A stretch of DNA of 24,000 nt from Bordetella genomosp. 13 (GTDB taxonomy: Bacteria; Pseudomonadota; Gammaproteobacteria; Burkholderiales; Burkholderiaceae_B). Of this stretch, positions 1-9,489 are shown piece by piece. The stretch covers positions 270,235-294,234 of the forward strand of contig NZ_VEHL01000002.1 in the NCBI RefSeq assembly GCF_007679965.1, in the 5' to 3' direction. Numbering within the stretch: the stretch's first letter is position 1; every line of letters begins with the position of its first letter. The notes under the pieces are model-generated. The model was not told the DNA's origin, did no database searches, and saw only the letters and a program-made list of their open reading frames with translations. The translations under genes and the position numbers were made by a program.

Positions 1-80
1 ACGGGCAGGAAGCTGACGGATTCGGTGTTGAAGGCGGCGAGCGCCACGCGGGGCCGCCGGGAGGGGGGGTCGGTTTTCAT
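1..80 (-). CDS. Partial CDS (5' end only, continues beyond the window start); possibly an M81/MlrC-like metallopeptidase
   Basis: There is a reverse-strand ATG at 80..78. Translation is MKTDPPSRRPRVALAAFNTESVSFLP. 'RVALAAFNTESVSF' resembles the N-terminal (R/K)(I/V)A(I/L)xGFxHETNTF motif of M81 peptidases. Only 26 codons are visible, so the product is tentative. Confidence 0.3.
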   Translation of the reverse strand, partial: MKTDPPSRRPRVALAAFNTESVSFLP

Positions 81-200
81 GTCGGCGCTTCAGTTGGAAA
101 CAAATGTTGTGTAGTATCTTAAATCGAATCGGTTGATTCGTGTGCCGCGTGCACGACGAATCGGCCGGCTCGCCACAACAACCATTCCAGGGGAACATTC

Positions 201-1187
201 ATGGCCATCTCTTTCGTGCAACGCGTGTTGCGGCGGTGCATCGCCGCCGCGGGCGTCCTGATGCTCGCGCCGCTGACGGCGCACGCCGACTTTCCCGAGC
301 GGCCCATCACCATCGTCGTGCCGTCCGCCGCGGGCGGGACGCCCGATACGCTCATCCGCTTCCTGTCGCTGAAGGCGCAGGAGCGCTACCAGAAAACCTT
401 CGTGGTCGAGAACCGGCCGGGCGCGTCGGGCATTCCCGGCATCAATGCGGTCTATCGCGCCAATCCGGACGGCTACACCCTCGGCTATGCGAACAACGTC
501 ACGCTGGCCATCAACCGCGTCGCGTTCAAGGAGCTGCCCTACGATCCGCAGGCGCTGGTGCCGGTCGCGTACGTGATGAAGGTGGCCAACGTGCTTGCGG
601 TGAATCCCGCGCTGCCGGTCAAGACGCTGGACGAGTTCCTGGCCTATGCGAAGAACAATCCGGGCAAGGTCACGTTCGCCTCGCCGGGCCAGGGCACCTC
701 TGGCCACCTGACCGGCGAGCTGCTGGCCAGCAGCTCGGGCGTGAAGCTGCTGCACGTGCCGTACCGCGGCAGTCCGCAGGCCACCAACGACGTGATGGCG
801 GGCATGGTCGATGCGCTGTTCGACAACACCACCAGCATCAGCCCGCACATCCGCTCGGGCAAGCTGCGCGCCCTGGCGGTCACCAGCCTGAAGCGTTCGC
901 CCAGCTTTCCCGACCTGCCCACCGTGGCCGAGAGCAAGCTGCCGGGCTTCGAGGGCGTGGCATGGGGCGGCATCGTGGCCCCGCCGGGCACGCCGCCCGA
1001 GATCGTGCAGACCCTGACCAAAATGTTCAACGACCTGCTCGAAGACGCCGCCATCCGCGATCAGTTGCTGAAGATGGGCATGGACGAGGTGATCGGCGGC
1101 CCGCCGCGGGCCATGGCCGACTACGCGGCGAAGGAAACCGAGAAATGGGGGAAGGTCATCAAGGAGGCCGGCGTCGATGTCCAGTGA
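201..1187 (+). CDS. Bug-family (TctC-like) tripartite tricarboxylate transporter periplasmic substrate-binding protein
   Basis: 328-aa ORF starting at an ATG. It has a signal peptide (…MLAPLTAHA/DFPERPITIVVP) and family-typical segments: FVVENRPGASG, ASPGQGTSGHL, HVPYRGS, and a C-terminal E.EKWGKVIKEAG. High GC3 in this frame. Confidence 0.9.
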   Translation: MAISFVQRVLRRCIAAAGVLMLAPLTAHADFPERPITIVVPSAAGGTPDTLIRFLSLKAQERYQKTFVVENRPGASGIPGINAVYRANPDGYTLGYANNVTLAINRVAFKELPYDPQALVPVAYVMKVANVLAVNPALPVKTLDEFLAYAKNNPGKVTFASPGQGTSGHLTGELLASSSGVKLLHVPYRGSPQATNDVMAGMVDALFDNTTSISPHIRSGKLRALAVTSLKRSPSFPDLPTVAESKLPGFEGVAWGGIVAPPGTPPEIVQTLTKMFNDLLEDAAIRDQLLKMGMDEVIGGPPRAMADYAAKETEKWGKVIKEAGVDVQ

Positions 1188-2466
1188 GCAACACGGCCCG
1201 ATCGAACCCGCCGCGCGCGCGGCGGCGCGGCAGCAGGTCGTCCGCTGGTTCGACGTGATGGCGGAAACCACCGCCGATCCCGTGGCCGGCATCACCCGGC
1301 CGTCGTATGGCGAGGGCGAGCAGTTCGTCCACGCCTTCCTGCGTGCCGAGGCGGCCGCGCTTGGCCTGCGCATCGTCCAGGACGCCGCGCTGAACAGCTA
1401 CATGACGCTGCCCGGCCGCGATCCGGCCGCGCCGGCCATCATGATCGGATCGCACCTGGACTCGGTGGCGCAGGGCGGCAACTTCGACGGCGCGGCGGGC
1501 GTGGTGGCGGGGCTCGCGGCCCTGTCCATGCTGCGGCAACAAGGCGTGGCGCCGCGCGGCGACATCACGGTGATGGGGGTGCGCGCCGAGGAAAGCGCGT
1601 GGTTCCAGACTTCGTACATCGGCAGCCGCGCGGCCCTGGGTCGGCTGTCCGCCGAGGCGCTGCAATGCCGGCGCGTGGATACGCAGGCCACGCTGGCCGA
1701 GCACATGCGCCAGTTTGGCGGCGATCCCGACGCGTTGCTGGCGGGGCCGCCTTTCCTGGCGGCCGGGCGCATACGGGCTTTCATGGAAGTGCACATCGAG
1801 CAGGCGCCCAGCCTGGTCGAGGCCGGCGTGCCGCTGGGCATCGGCACGGGCATTCCCGGCAATTTCCGCTATCCGGAGATCGTCGTCACCGGCGAGACCG
1901 CGCACGTGGGCCTGCCGCGCCGGTTCCGCCGCGATGCGCTGGTGGCGGCCTCCCGGTTCGTGGCGCGTCTGGACGACCTGTGGCGGCGCTGGGAGGACGC
2001 GGGGAAGAGCATGGCCTTCACCGTCGGGCGGTTTCATACCGATGCCGCCAACGATGCGATGACCAAGGTGCCGGGCGACGTCCGTTTCAGCCTGGACGTG
2101 CGGGCCTACGACGAAGCGGACGTGGCGCGCCTGCATGAAGAGGTGCTGGGAATCGTCGGGGCGCTGCAGGACGAATGCGGCGTCCGCTTCGACCTGGGCC
2201 GGCGCACGCAGGCGCCGGTGGCCACGGTGTCGCCGGACATCCGCGCCGCGCTGGCCGCGCTGGCACAGGCGCGCGGCATTGCTTGCGTGCCGCTGGCCAG
2301 TCCCGCCTCGCACGACGCGGCGGTTTTCCACGAAGCCGGCGTGCCGATGGGACTGCTGTTCGTACGCAACCGGAACGGCAGCCACAATCCGCACGAGGCC
2401 ATGGACATCGATGATTTCATGCTGGCGGTGGACGTGCTGACCGACTGGCTGCTGGCGCAGGGCTGA
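1177..2466 (+). CDS. Zn-dependent hydrolase of the amidase/hydantoinase/carbamoylase family (peptidase M20; allantoate amidohydrolase or N-carbamoyl-amino-acid hydrolase-like)
   Basis: 429-aa ORF. Motifs GSHLDSVAQGGNFDGAAGVVAG and SPASHDAAVF…FVRNRNGSHNPHEAM are typical of this M20 subfamily. A strong SD (AAGGAGG, 1161..1167) lies 9 nt upstream of the ATG. The start overlaps the upstream Bug gene by 11 nt. Confidence 0.85.
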   Translation: MSSEQHGPIEPAARAAARQQVVRWFDVMAETTADPVAGITRPSYGEGEQFVHAFLRAEAAALGLRIVQDAALNSYMTLPGRDPAAPAIMIGSHLDSVAQGGNFDGAAGVVAGLAALSMLRQQGVAPRGDITVMGVRAEESAWFQTSYIGSRAALGRLSAEALQCRRVDTQATLAEHMRQFGGDPDALLAGPPFLAAGRIRAFMEVHIEQAPSLVEAGVPLGIGTGIPGNFRYPEIVVTGETAHVGLPRRFRRDALVAASRFVARLDDLWRRWEDAGKSMAFTVGRFHTDAANDAMTKVPGDVRFSLDVRAYDEADVARLHEEVLGIVGALQDECGVRFDLGRRTQAPVATVSPDIRAALAALAQARGIACVPLASPASHDAAVFHEAGVPMGLLFVRNRNGSHNPHEAMDIDDFMLAVDVLTDWLLAQG

Positions 2467-2522
2467 GGTTAAGCGCTGAGGGTTAAGCGCTGAGGGTTAA
2501 GCGCTGAGGGTTAAGCGCTGAG
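2462..2522. repeat. Tandem 14-bp repeat (GGTTAAGCGCTGAG), about 4.4 copies
   Basis: Direct reading gives gctgag | gttaagcgctgag | ggttaagcgctgag x3, then gccggccg. The first partial copy contains the amidase TGA stop (2464..2466). Every unit carries TGA and TAA plus an AGCGCT palindrome. Confidence 0.9.
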
Positions 2523-2606
2523 GCCGGCCGGTGGATCGGGGCCGGCTTCCTGCATCCGCCAGCGGGGCGCGGAGCACCTGGGCACGTCGCTTGCTGGGCG
2601 GGGCGC

Positions 2607-3410
2607 ATGAACGGTCAACGATACGAAAGCATTCGGGCCACCGCCGGCGCGCATCCGGAAGCCGCCGCGACCACGCGCGCCCTGGGGCTCGAGGCCACCG
2701 CGCGCCTTGCGGCAGCCAGCGCGGGCGATGCGCCCGGGATGGAGGACGTACCGGGGACGGAGCCGGCCAGGCCCCCGGTCAGCGCCCACCTCGACGCCGG
2801 CCACGCGCACGGTGCCCGTTTCCGCCGCCGCGCCTGGCGAGCGGCGCCCAAGCTGTCCACCATGCTGGACCGCCTGGAACGGCTCACGTGCCGCGACTGC
2901 GAGATCTCGGTCGAGCGCATGCTCAACGCCATCGGGCGCACCAGCTTCGCGCCGCTGATCCTCATCGTGGGCCTGCTCATCATGTCGCCCCTCGGCCACG
3001 TGCCGGGCATGCCCAGCACGGCGGCCGTGCTGGTGGGCCTGAGCGCCGCGCAGATCGTCATGGGCCGATGCCACATCTGGCTGCCGGCGTGGCTGCTGCG
3101 GCGCCAGGTCAACCGCAAGCTGCTGCAGCGGGCGATCCGCTTCCTGCGGCCGCTGGCCCGGGCCAGCGAATTCGTCTGCCGGGCGCGCATGCGCTGGATG
3201 ACGGGCAACGTGGGCGTGCGCACCGTGGCGGGGTTGTGCCTGGCCATCTGCGTGGTCATGCCGCCCCTGGAGATGGTGCCCATGGCCAATTCGGCATGCG
3301 GGGCGGTGTTGGCGCTGTTCGGGCTGGCGCTGACCACCCGGGATGGCGTGTTGATGAGCGTGACGCTGCTGGGCGGCGTGGGGGCGCTCGGTTGGCTGGC
3401 GATGGGATGA
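2607..3410 (+). CDS. exoD: ExoD-family (exopolysaccharide synthesis) inner-membrane protein
   Basis: The C-terminal ~180 aa match the ExoD architecture: …MLNAIGRTSFAPLILIVGLLIMSPL…, …RCHIWLPAWLLRRQV…, and hydrophobic C-terminal helices. GC3 stays high from about 2630, which supports the long form. Alternative starts are at 2739 (MEDVPG) or 2862 (MLDRLERL). Confidence 0.75.
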   Translation: MNGQRYESIRATAGAHPEAAATTRALGLEATARLAAASAGDAPGMEDVPGTEPARPPVSAHLDAGHAHGARFRRRAWRAAPKLSTMLDRLERLTCRDCEISVERMLNAIGRTSFAPLILIVGLLIMSPLGHVPGMPSTAAVLVGLSAAQIVMGRCHIWLPAWLLRRQVNRKLLQRAIRFLRPLARASEFVCRARMRWMTGNVGVRTVAGLCLAICVVMPPLEMVPMANSACGAVLALFGLALTTRDGVLMSVTLLGGVGALGWLAMG

Positions 3411-3581
3411 TGGGCAGCCTGGACGACCCGCCACGTGGCCGATGACAGGCCGCCGGCTGACAATCCGCTGGCATTTCGCACATTCAAAGCACCGCCGATA
3501 CGGGAGTAATATCAACGCCTCCGCGACCCACGCCCAGGCGCGTGCGGCCATCCCGTCCGTCACTCCCCCGCCGTCCCAGTC

Positions 3582-4955
3582 ATGCTGTTCAGCTTCGCGC
3601 GTACCCACCAACACCCGATAGGCGAAGGCGTCCCGCACGCCGAACGGTGGAGGGCGGTGCTGGCGTTGTTGCTGGGCGTGTGCATGGCGAGCCTGGACAC
3701 CGCCATCGCCAACACCGCGTTGCCGACCATGGCACGCGATCTGCAGACCACCGACGCGCTGTCGGTATGGATCGTCAGTTCCTATCAACTGGCCATGATC
3801 GCGGCGCTGCTGCCGGCCGGCGCGCTGGGCGAGATCGTGGGCCATCGCCGCGTCAGCATGGCGGGCCTGGTGCTGTTCACCGTGTCGTCGCTGGCATGCG
3901 GCCTGGCGCCTTCGCTGGAGTGGCTGGTGGCCGCGCGCGTGGTGCAGGGGCTGGGCGCGGCCGGCGTGATGGCGGTCAACGCGGCGATCCTGCGCTTCGT
4001 CTATCCGGCCGGGCAACTGGGCCGCGGCGTGGGCCTGAATTCGCTGGTTGTGGCCGTGTCGTTCGCGGCGGGCCCCACGCTGGCCTCGCTGATCCTGGCC
4101 GTGGCCAGCTGGCACTGGCTGTTCCTGATCAACGTGCCGCTGGGCTTCCTGGCCTTCCGCCTGGGCCTGAAGTCGCTGCCGGTGACGCCGCTCAACGACC
4201 GTGCCTTCGACCGCGTCGCCGCGGTCCTGTGCGCGTGCTTCTTCGCGCTGCTGGTCTACACGCTGAACGAGGGTGCGCACTCGCGCACCTGGACGGACGT
4301 GCTGGTCACGCTGGCGCTGACCTTGCTTTTCCTCTTCCTGCTGCTGCGGCGGCAGGCCGGCGACCCCGCGCCCATGCTGGCGCTGGACCTGCTGCGCCGG
4401 CCGATGTTCGCGCTGTCGGCGGCCACCGGCGTATGCGCCTTCGCCACGCAGGCGCTGGCCTTCGTGTCGCTGCCGTTCATGTTCCAGCAACTGGGGTATA
4501 CGCAGGTGGCCACGGGCTTCCTGATCTCGCCGTGGCCGGTGGCGGTGGCGCTGGTGGCCTCGGTGGCGGGCCGCCTGTCGGACCGCTATCCGGTGGGCAT
4601 GCTGGCGGGCATCGGCCTGGCGGCGCTGTGCGCCGGCATGGGCCTGCTGGCCAGCATGCCGGACCATCCGTCCGCGTTCGACATCGCCTGGCGCATGGCG
4701 CTGTGCGGCGCGGGATTCAGCTTCTTCCAGTCGCCCAACGTGCACGCCATCATGACTTCGGCGCCGCACGAGCGCAGCGGCGGCGCCAGCAGCATGGTCG
4801 GGACGGTGCGGCTGCTGGGGCAGTCCACCGGGGCCGCGCTGGTGGCCGCGTGCTTCAACATCTCCACGACCCATGGCGCCGTGACGGCGCTTTGGCTGGG
4901 AACGGCGTTCGCGGGGCTGGCGGGGGTGGCCAGCGTGATGCGGCTGCGGTACTGA
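3582..4955 (+). CDS. MFS transporter (DHA2/EmrB-like drug:H+ antiporter family)
   Basis: 457-aa, highly hydrophobic multi-TM ORF. The N-terminal signature 'MASLDTAIANTALPTMARDLQ' and 'GEIVGHRRV…ARVVQGLGAAG' are typical MFS DHA2 motifs. Confidence 0.85.
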   Translation: MLFSFARTHQHPIGEGVPHAERWRAVLALLLGVCMASLDTAIANTALPTMARDLQTTDALSVWIVSSYQLAMIAALLPAGALGEIVGHRRVSMAGLVLFTVSSLACGLAPSLEWLVAARVVQGLGAAGVMAVNAAILRFVYPAGQLGRGVGLNSLVVAVSFAAGPTLASLILAVASWHWLFLINVPLGFLAFRLGLKSLPVTPLNDRAFDRVAAVLCACFFALLVYTLNEGAHSRTWTDVLVTLALTLLFLFLLLRRQAGDPAPMLALDLLRRPMFALSAATGVCAFATQALAFVSLPFMFQQLGYTQVATGFLISPWPVAVALVASVAGRLSDRYPVGMLAGIGLAALCAGMGLLASMPDHPSAFDIAWRMALCGAGFSFFQSPNVHAIMTSAPHERSGGASSMVGTVRLLGQSTGAALVAACFNISTTHGAVTALWLGTAFAGLAGVASVMRLRY

Positions 4956-4970
4956 CCTGCCTTACACTGG

Positions 4971-4995
4971 TCCGGCGGCCACAGCAGCCGCCGGA
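4971..4995 (+). terminator. Stem-loop downstream of the MFS gene (possible intrinsic terminator, no clear U-tract)
   Basis: Perfect 9-bp inverted repeat TCCGGCGGC (4971..4979) / GCCGCCGGA (4987..4995) with a 7-nt loop, 16 nt after the MFS stop codon. Confidence 0.4.
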
Positions 4996-5046
4996 TCGGC
5001 CTCCACGTCGCGGGATGGCCGGCTCCGATACCGACAGGAGACAGCC

Positions 5047-6693
<1,647 letters not shown>

Positions 6694-6707
6694 CCGGCAC
6701 GTGCCTG

Positions 6708-6725
6708 GGCGGTGCCCGCACCGCC
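6708..6725. terminator. GC-rich hairpin between convergent genes (possible bidirectional terminator)
   Basis: GGCGGTGC-cc-GCACCGCC inverted repeat in the 42-bp gap between the acyl-CoA synthetase stop (6693) and the Bug stop (6736). There is no U-tract. Confidence 0.3.
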
Positions 6726-6735
6726 TGCCCCGGGC

Positions 6736-7710
6736 TTACTGCGCCGTGATGTTCCGCTCGCGCACCACCTTGCCCCACTTGTCCGACTCGGCGCGGATGA
6801 ACTCGGCCAGGCCTTCGCGCGTGGTCGGCTGGGGCGTCAGGCCATGCTTGTCCAGCGCCGCCTTGATCTCGGGATCGTTCAACACCTTCACGATCTCGCG
6901 GTTCCAGTTGTCCAGCAGCGGCGCGGGAGTCTTGCCGGGCGCGACGAAGGCATACCAGTTGAGGGCCTCGAAGCCGGGGTAGCCCGATTCGGCCACCGTC
7001 GGGATGTTCGGCAGGTAGCTCGGACGCTTCAGGCCGGTGGTGGCCAGCGGAACCAGCTTGCCGGTCTCGACGTGCGGCATCGCCGTCGGCGGCGCCGAGA
7101 AATACGAGGCGACCCGGCCGCCCAGCAGGTCCTGCAAGGCCGGCGCGCCGCCCTTGTAGGGGATGTGGACCATCTCGATGCCGGCGCGCTGGTTGAACAG
7201 TTCGCCCGCCAGATGCGACGCGGAGCCCGGACCCGTGGAGGCGAATTCGACGCGGTTGCCCTTCTTGGCCAGGGCGACGAATTCGGCCAGGGTGTTGACG
7301 CCCAGGCCCTTGTGCACGACCAGCACGTTCGGGAAGTTGACGCCGCCGGAGACGGGCGCCAGGTCCTTGAACGGGTCGTAGCCGACCTTCATGAGATGCG
7401 GGGCGATCGACAACGGACCGATGGAGCCAAACAGCAGCACGGTGCCATCGGCCGGACCATGGGCGACCTGCTGGTGGGCAATGTTGCCGCCGGCGCCGCC
7501 CTTGTTCTCCACCACGACCGACTGGCCGATGTTCTCGCCGAGTTTCTTGGCGATGAGGCGCGCGGATGCATCGGCCGCGCCGCCGGGGGCGAAGCCCACG
7601 ATGAGCGTGACCGGCTTGCCTGGCGGAAAATCCTGGGCCGCCGCGGGCAACGCCACGGCGCATGCGAGCGCGCTACAGGCCAGCAGGATGTGGCGTCGGA
7701 TGGGTTTCAT
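6736..7710 (-). CDS. Bug-family (TctC-like) periplasmic substrate-binding protein
   Basis: I place the start at the internal ATG (7710), giving MKPIRRHILLACSALACAVALPAAAQ/DFPPGKPVTLIVGF with SD GGAGA upstream. The track ORF extends to 7809 with no signal-peptide logic. Family motifs are VVENKGGAGG, ASTGPGSASHL, HIPYKGG and ESDKWGKVV. Confidence 0.9.
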   Translation of the reverse strand: MKPIRRHILLACSALACAVALPAAAQDFPPGKPVTLIVGFAPGGAADASARLIAKKLGENIGQSVVVENKGGAGGNIAHQQVAHGPADGTVLLFGSIGPLSIAPHLMKVGYDPFKDLAPVSGGVNFPNVLVVHKGLGVNTLAEFVALAKKGNRVEFASTGPGSASHLAGELFNQRAGIEMVHIPYKGGAPALQDLLGGRVASYFSAPPTAMPHVETGKLVPLATTGLKRPSYLPNIPTVAESGYPGFEALNWYAFVAPGKTPAPLLDNWNREIVKVLNDPEIKAALDKHGLTPQPTTREGLAEFIRAESDKWGKVVRERNITAQ

Positions 7711-7854
7711 GGAGAGTCTCCTGGTTCTTGTAGGAATGGGGCCGGCTTCAAAGGGCCAGCCGCATACTTTAGGAGGGGCGGCGGATGCGGGGAATGCACA
7801 TCTGTTCAACAGGTGTTCAGTATTCGTGAAGGGGGCCGGACGTGCGAGCCGGCT

Positions 7855-9255
7855 TCAGCGAACCTTGGGCGGCAGCCAGCGGTCCAGGCAGGCGGCCAGT
7901 TCGGCCTGCGGCACGGGCTTGGTTAGCCACTCGTTGAAGCCCGGACGCCGGTCCGTGGCGCCGGCAAGCGCCGGCCGGCCCGCCGAGAAGGCGACCACCG
8001 GCAACGGCTCTCCCTGGATGTTGCGCAGCCCCGCGCGGCGCACGTGGCGGGCCAGCGCCGCGCCGTTCATGCCGGTCATGCGCACGTCGGTCAGCAGCAG
8101 GCCGTATTGCCGCGCGCGCAGCTGGCGCAAGGCATCCAGGCCGTCCGTCGCCGTGTCGTGGGCATGGCCGAGCTGGGCCAGCTGCAGACCGATCAGTTCG
8201 CGGGCGATGGGGTTGTCCTCGGCCAGCAGGATCAGCCGGCCGCGCTGCCGCTCGCGGGCGTGGTCGATGGGCAGCAAGGCCAGCGCATGGCGCGGCGCGG
8301 GCGGGTCGTCATCGTGCAGGCGATCCCGCCTGGAGGCGCGAATGGGCGCGTGGGACGTGGCCAGGGGAGTCCGCGCCCGCGGCAGGGGCAGGTCCACCGT
8401 GACGCACGTGCCCGCGCCGACCCGGCTGCGCAGCGCGATGCGGCCCCCCATGGCGTGGACCAGTTCCTGGCTGATCGCCAGGCCTAGGCCCACGCCGCTG
8501 TAGCCGGCCCGCCGGGCGGCGCGCGCGCGGCGATAGGGCCGGAACAGCCCGGCCTGCTCATCGGCGGCAATGCCGACGCCGCTGTCCTCCACGGTGAAAC
8601 GCACTATGGCGGCATCGTGCTGGCGCCGCACGCGCAGCAGCACACGACCGCGCGGGGTGAACTTCAGGGCATTGGCCAGCAGGTTGAACAGCACCTGGCG
8701 CAGGCGCAGCGGGTTGCCGCGCACGTGCACGGGCAGGTCCGCGTCCAGGATCAGATCCAGGCGCAGGCCCTTGCCGCGCGCGCTCTCGTTCCAGAAGCCG
8801 TAGGTGTCGCGGCACAGCGCCCACAGGTCGAACGGCTCCTGGCCGGCCGCCGCGGCTGGCGTGGCATCGAGGATGCCGTCCAGCAGGCGCACCAGGTGAT
8901 CCCCGGCCATCCGGCCCAGCTCGACCAGGCGTTTCTGCCGGGCGTCGGTGCACGTGCCGTGCAGCGTATCGAGCATGGCGATCAGGCCGTTGAGCGGCGT
9001 GCGCAGTTCGTGCGCGGTATAGGCCAGGGCGATGGGCGGGGCGGCGCGCGTGCGCTCGGGTGCCGCCGTCTCGACGGCCCTGCGCCGGCCGGGCTTGCGG
9101 CCCGCGCCGGACGTCCTGGACGGCGCCCCGAGGGCGCGCACACGGGGCTTGCGTGTCCGGAACCTGCGCAATGCGGGCCTGTCGGCCTCGTTGGCCACGG
9201 GCGGCTGGTTCAGCAATCGCCGTGCAGGGGCGTGCAGCGCGTGTCGGTGTTGCAT
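7855..9255 (-). CDS. Hybrid sensor histidine kinase / response regulator (DHp-CA-REC) without a recognisable input domain
   Basis: H-box AHELRTPLNGL begins around residue 80. An HATPase region follows (LLANALKFT…, DSGVGI, GVGLGLAISQELV), then a C-terminal receiver (ILLAEDNPI…LLLTDVRMTGMNG…KP). The ATG is at 9255 and an in-frame stop lies 25 codons upstream with no alternative start between them. Confidence 0.85.
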   Translation of the reverse strand: MQHRHALHAPARRLLNQPPVANEADRPALRRFRTRKPRVRALGAPSRTSGAGRKPGRRRAVETAAPERTRAAPPIALAYTAHELRTPLNGLIAMLDTLHGTCTDARQKRLVELGRMAGDHLVRLLDGILDATPAAAAGQEPFDLWALCRDTYGFWNESARGKGLRLDLILDADLPVHVRGNPLRLRQVLFNLLANALKFTPRGRVLLRVRRQHDAAIVRFTVEDSGVGIAADEQAGLFRPYRRARAARRAGYSGVGLGLAISQELVHAMGGRIALRSRVGAGTCVTVDLPLPRARTPLATSHAPIRASRRDRLHDDDPPAPRHALALLPIDHARERQRGRLILLAEDNPIARELIGLQLAQLGHAHDTATDGLDALRQLRARQYGLLLTDVRMTGMNGAALARHVRRAGLRNIQGEPLPVVAFSAGRPALAGATDRRPGFNEWLTKPVPQAELAACLDRWLPPKVR

Positions 9256-9312
9256 GCGAGGCGGGTAGCAGGCGCGCGGGGATGCGGAGCAGGGGTTCGG
9301 GACATGGCCGGG

Positions 9313-9337
9313 ATCATGAAAACGCGATATTCATGAT
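9313..9337. promoter_or_regulatory. Operator-like perfect inverted repeat ATCATGAA-N9-TTCATGAT in the upstream region of the hybrid kinase
   Basis: Arms at 9313..9320 and 9330..9337 are exact reverse complements. The site lies 58-82 bp upstream of the kinase ATG (9255), inside an AT-rich stretch. Confidence 0.3.
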
Positions 9338-9489
9338 TTAGTGTTTCCGCGGCCGTCCGATTAATGGAACAAGAAAATATCGGACTGGTATACGTATTGA
9401 CGCGGCTTATATTGCAGTTGCGGGTGGGTGCTATTTGTATCCAATGGCCAGCGCCGTGTTGCCTGATTGACGGTTCGTGAAAGGAAGAA

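Noticed and set aside
90-1373. 427-aa - strand ORF, plus the 372-aa + strand ORF at 140..1258
   Set aside because: Both overlap the Bug receptor gene (201..1187), which has a signal peptide, family motifs and the correct GC3 frame. The alternatives are Arg/Ala-rich with no motifs.
2462-2522. Possibility that the tandem repeats here or at 12771..12929 are CRISPR arrays
   Set aside because: The units are directly abutting with no unique spacers, the unit lengths (14 and ~59 nt) and arrangement do not fit repeat-spacer architecture, and there are no cas genes.
3483-3512. Sigma-70-like promoter upstream of the MFS gene (TTCAAA-N18-TAATAT)
   Set aside because: Each hexamer matches only 4 of 6 positions and the spacer is 18 bp. 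Without a mapped transcription start site this is too weak to report as a feature.
2511-4874. 787-aa ORF on the - strand
   Set aside because: It is antisense to the ExoD and MFS genes. The composition is extremely Arg/Gln/His/Gly-rich with no domain motifs. It is a shadow ORF.
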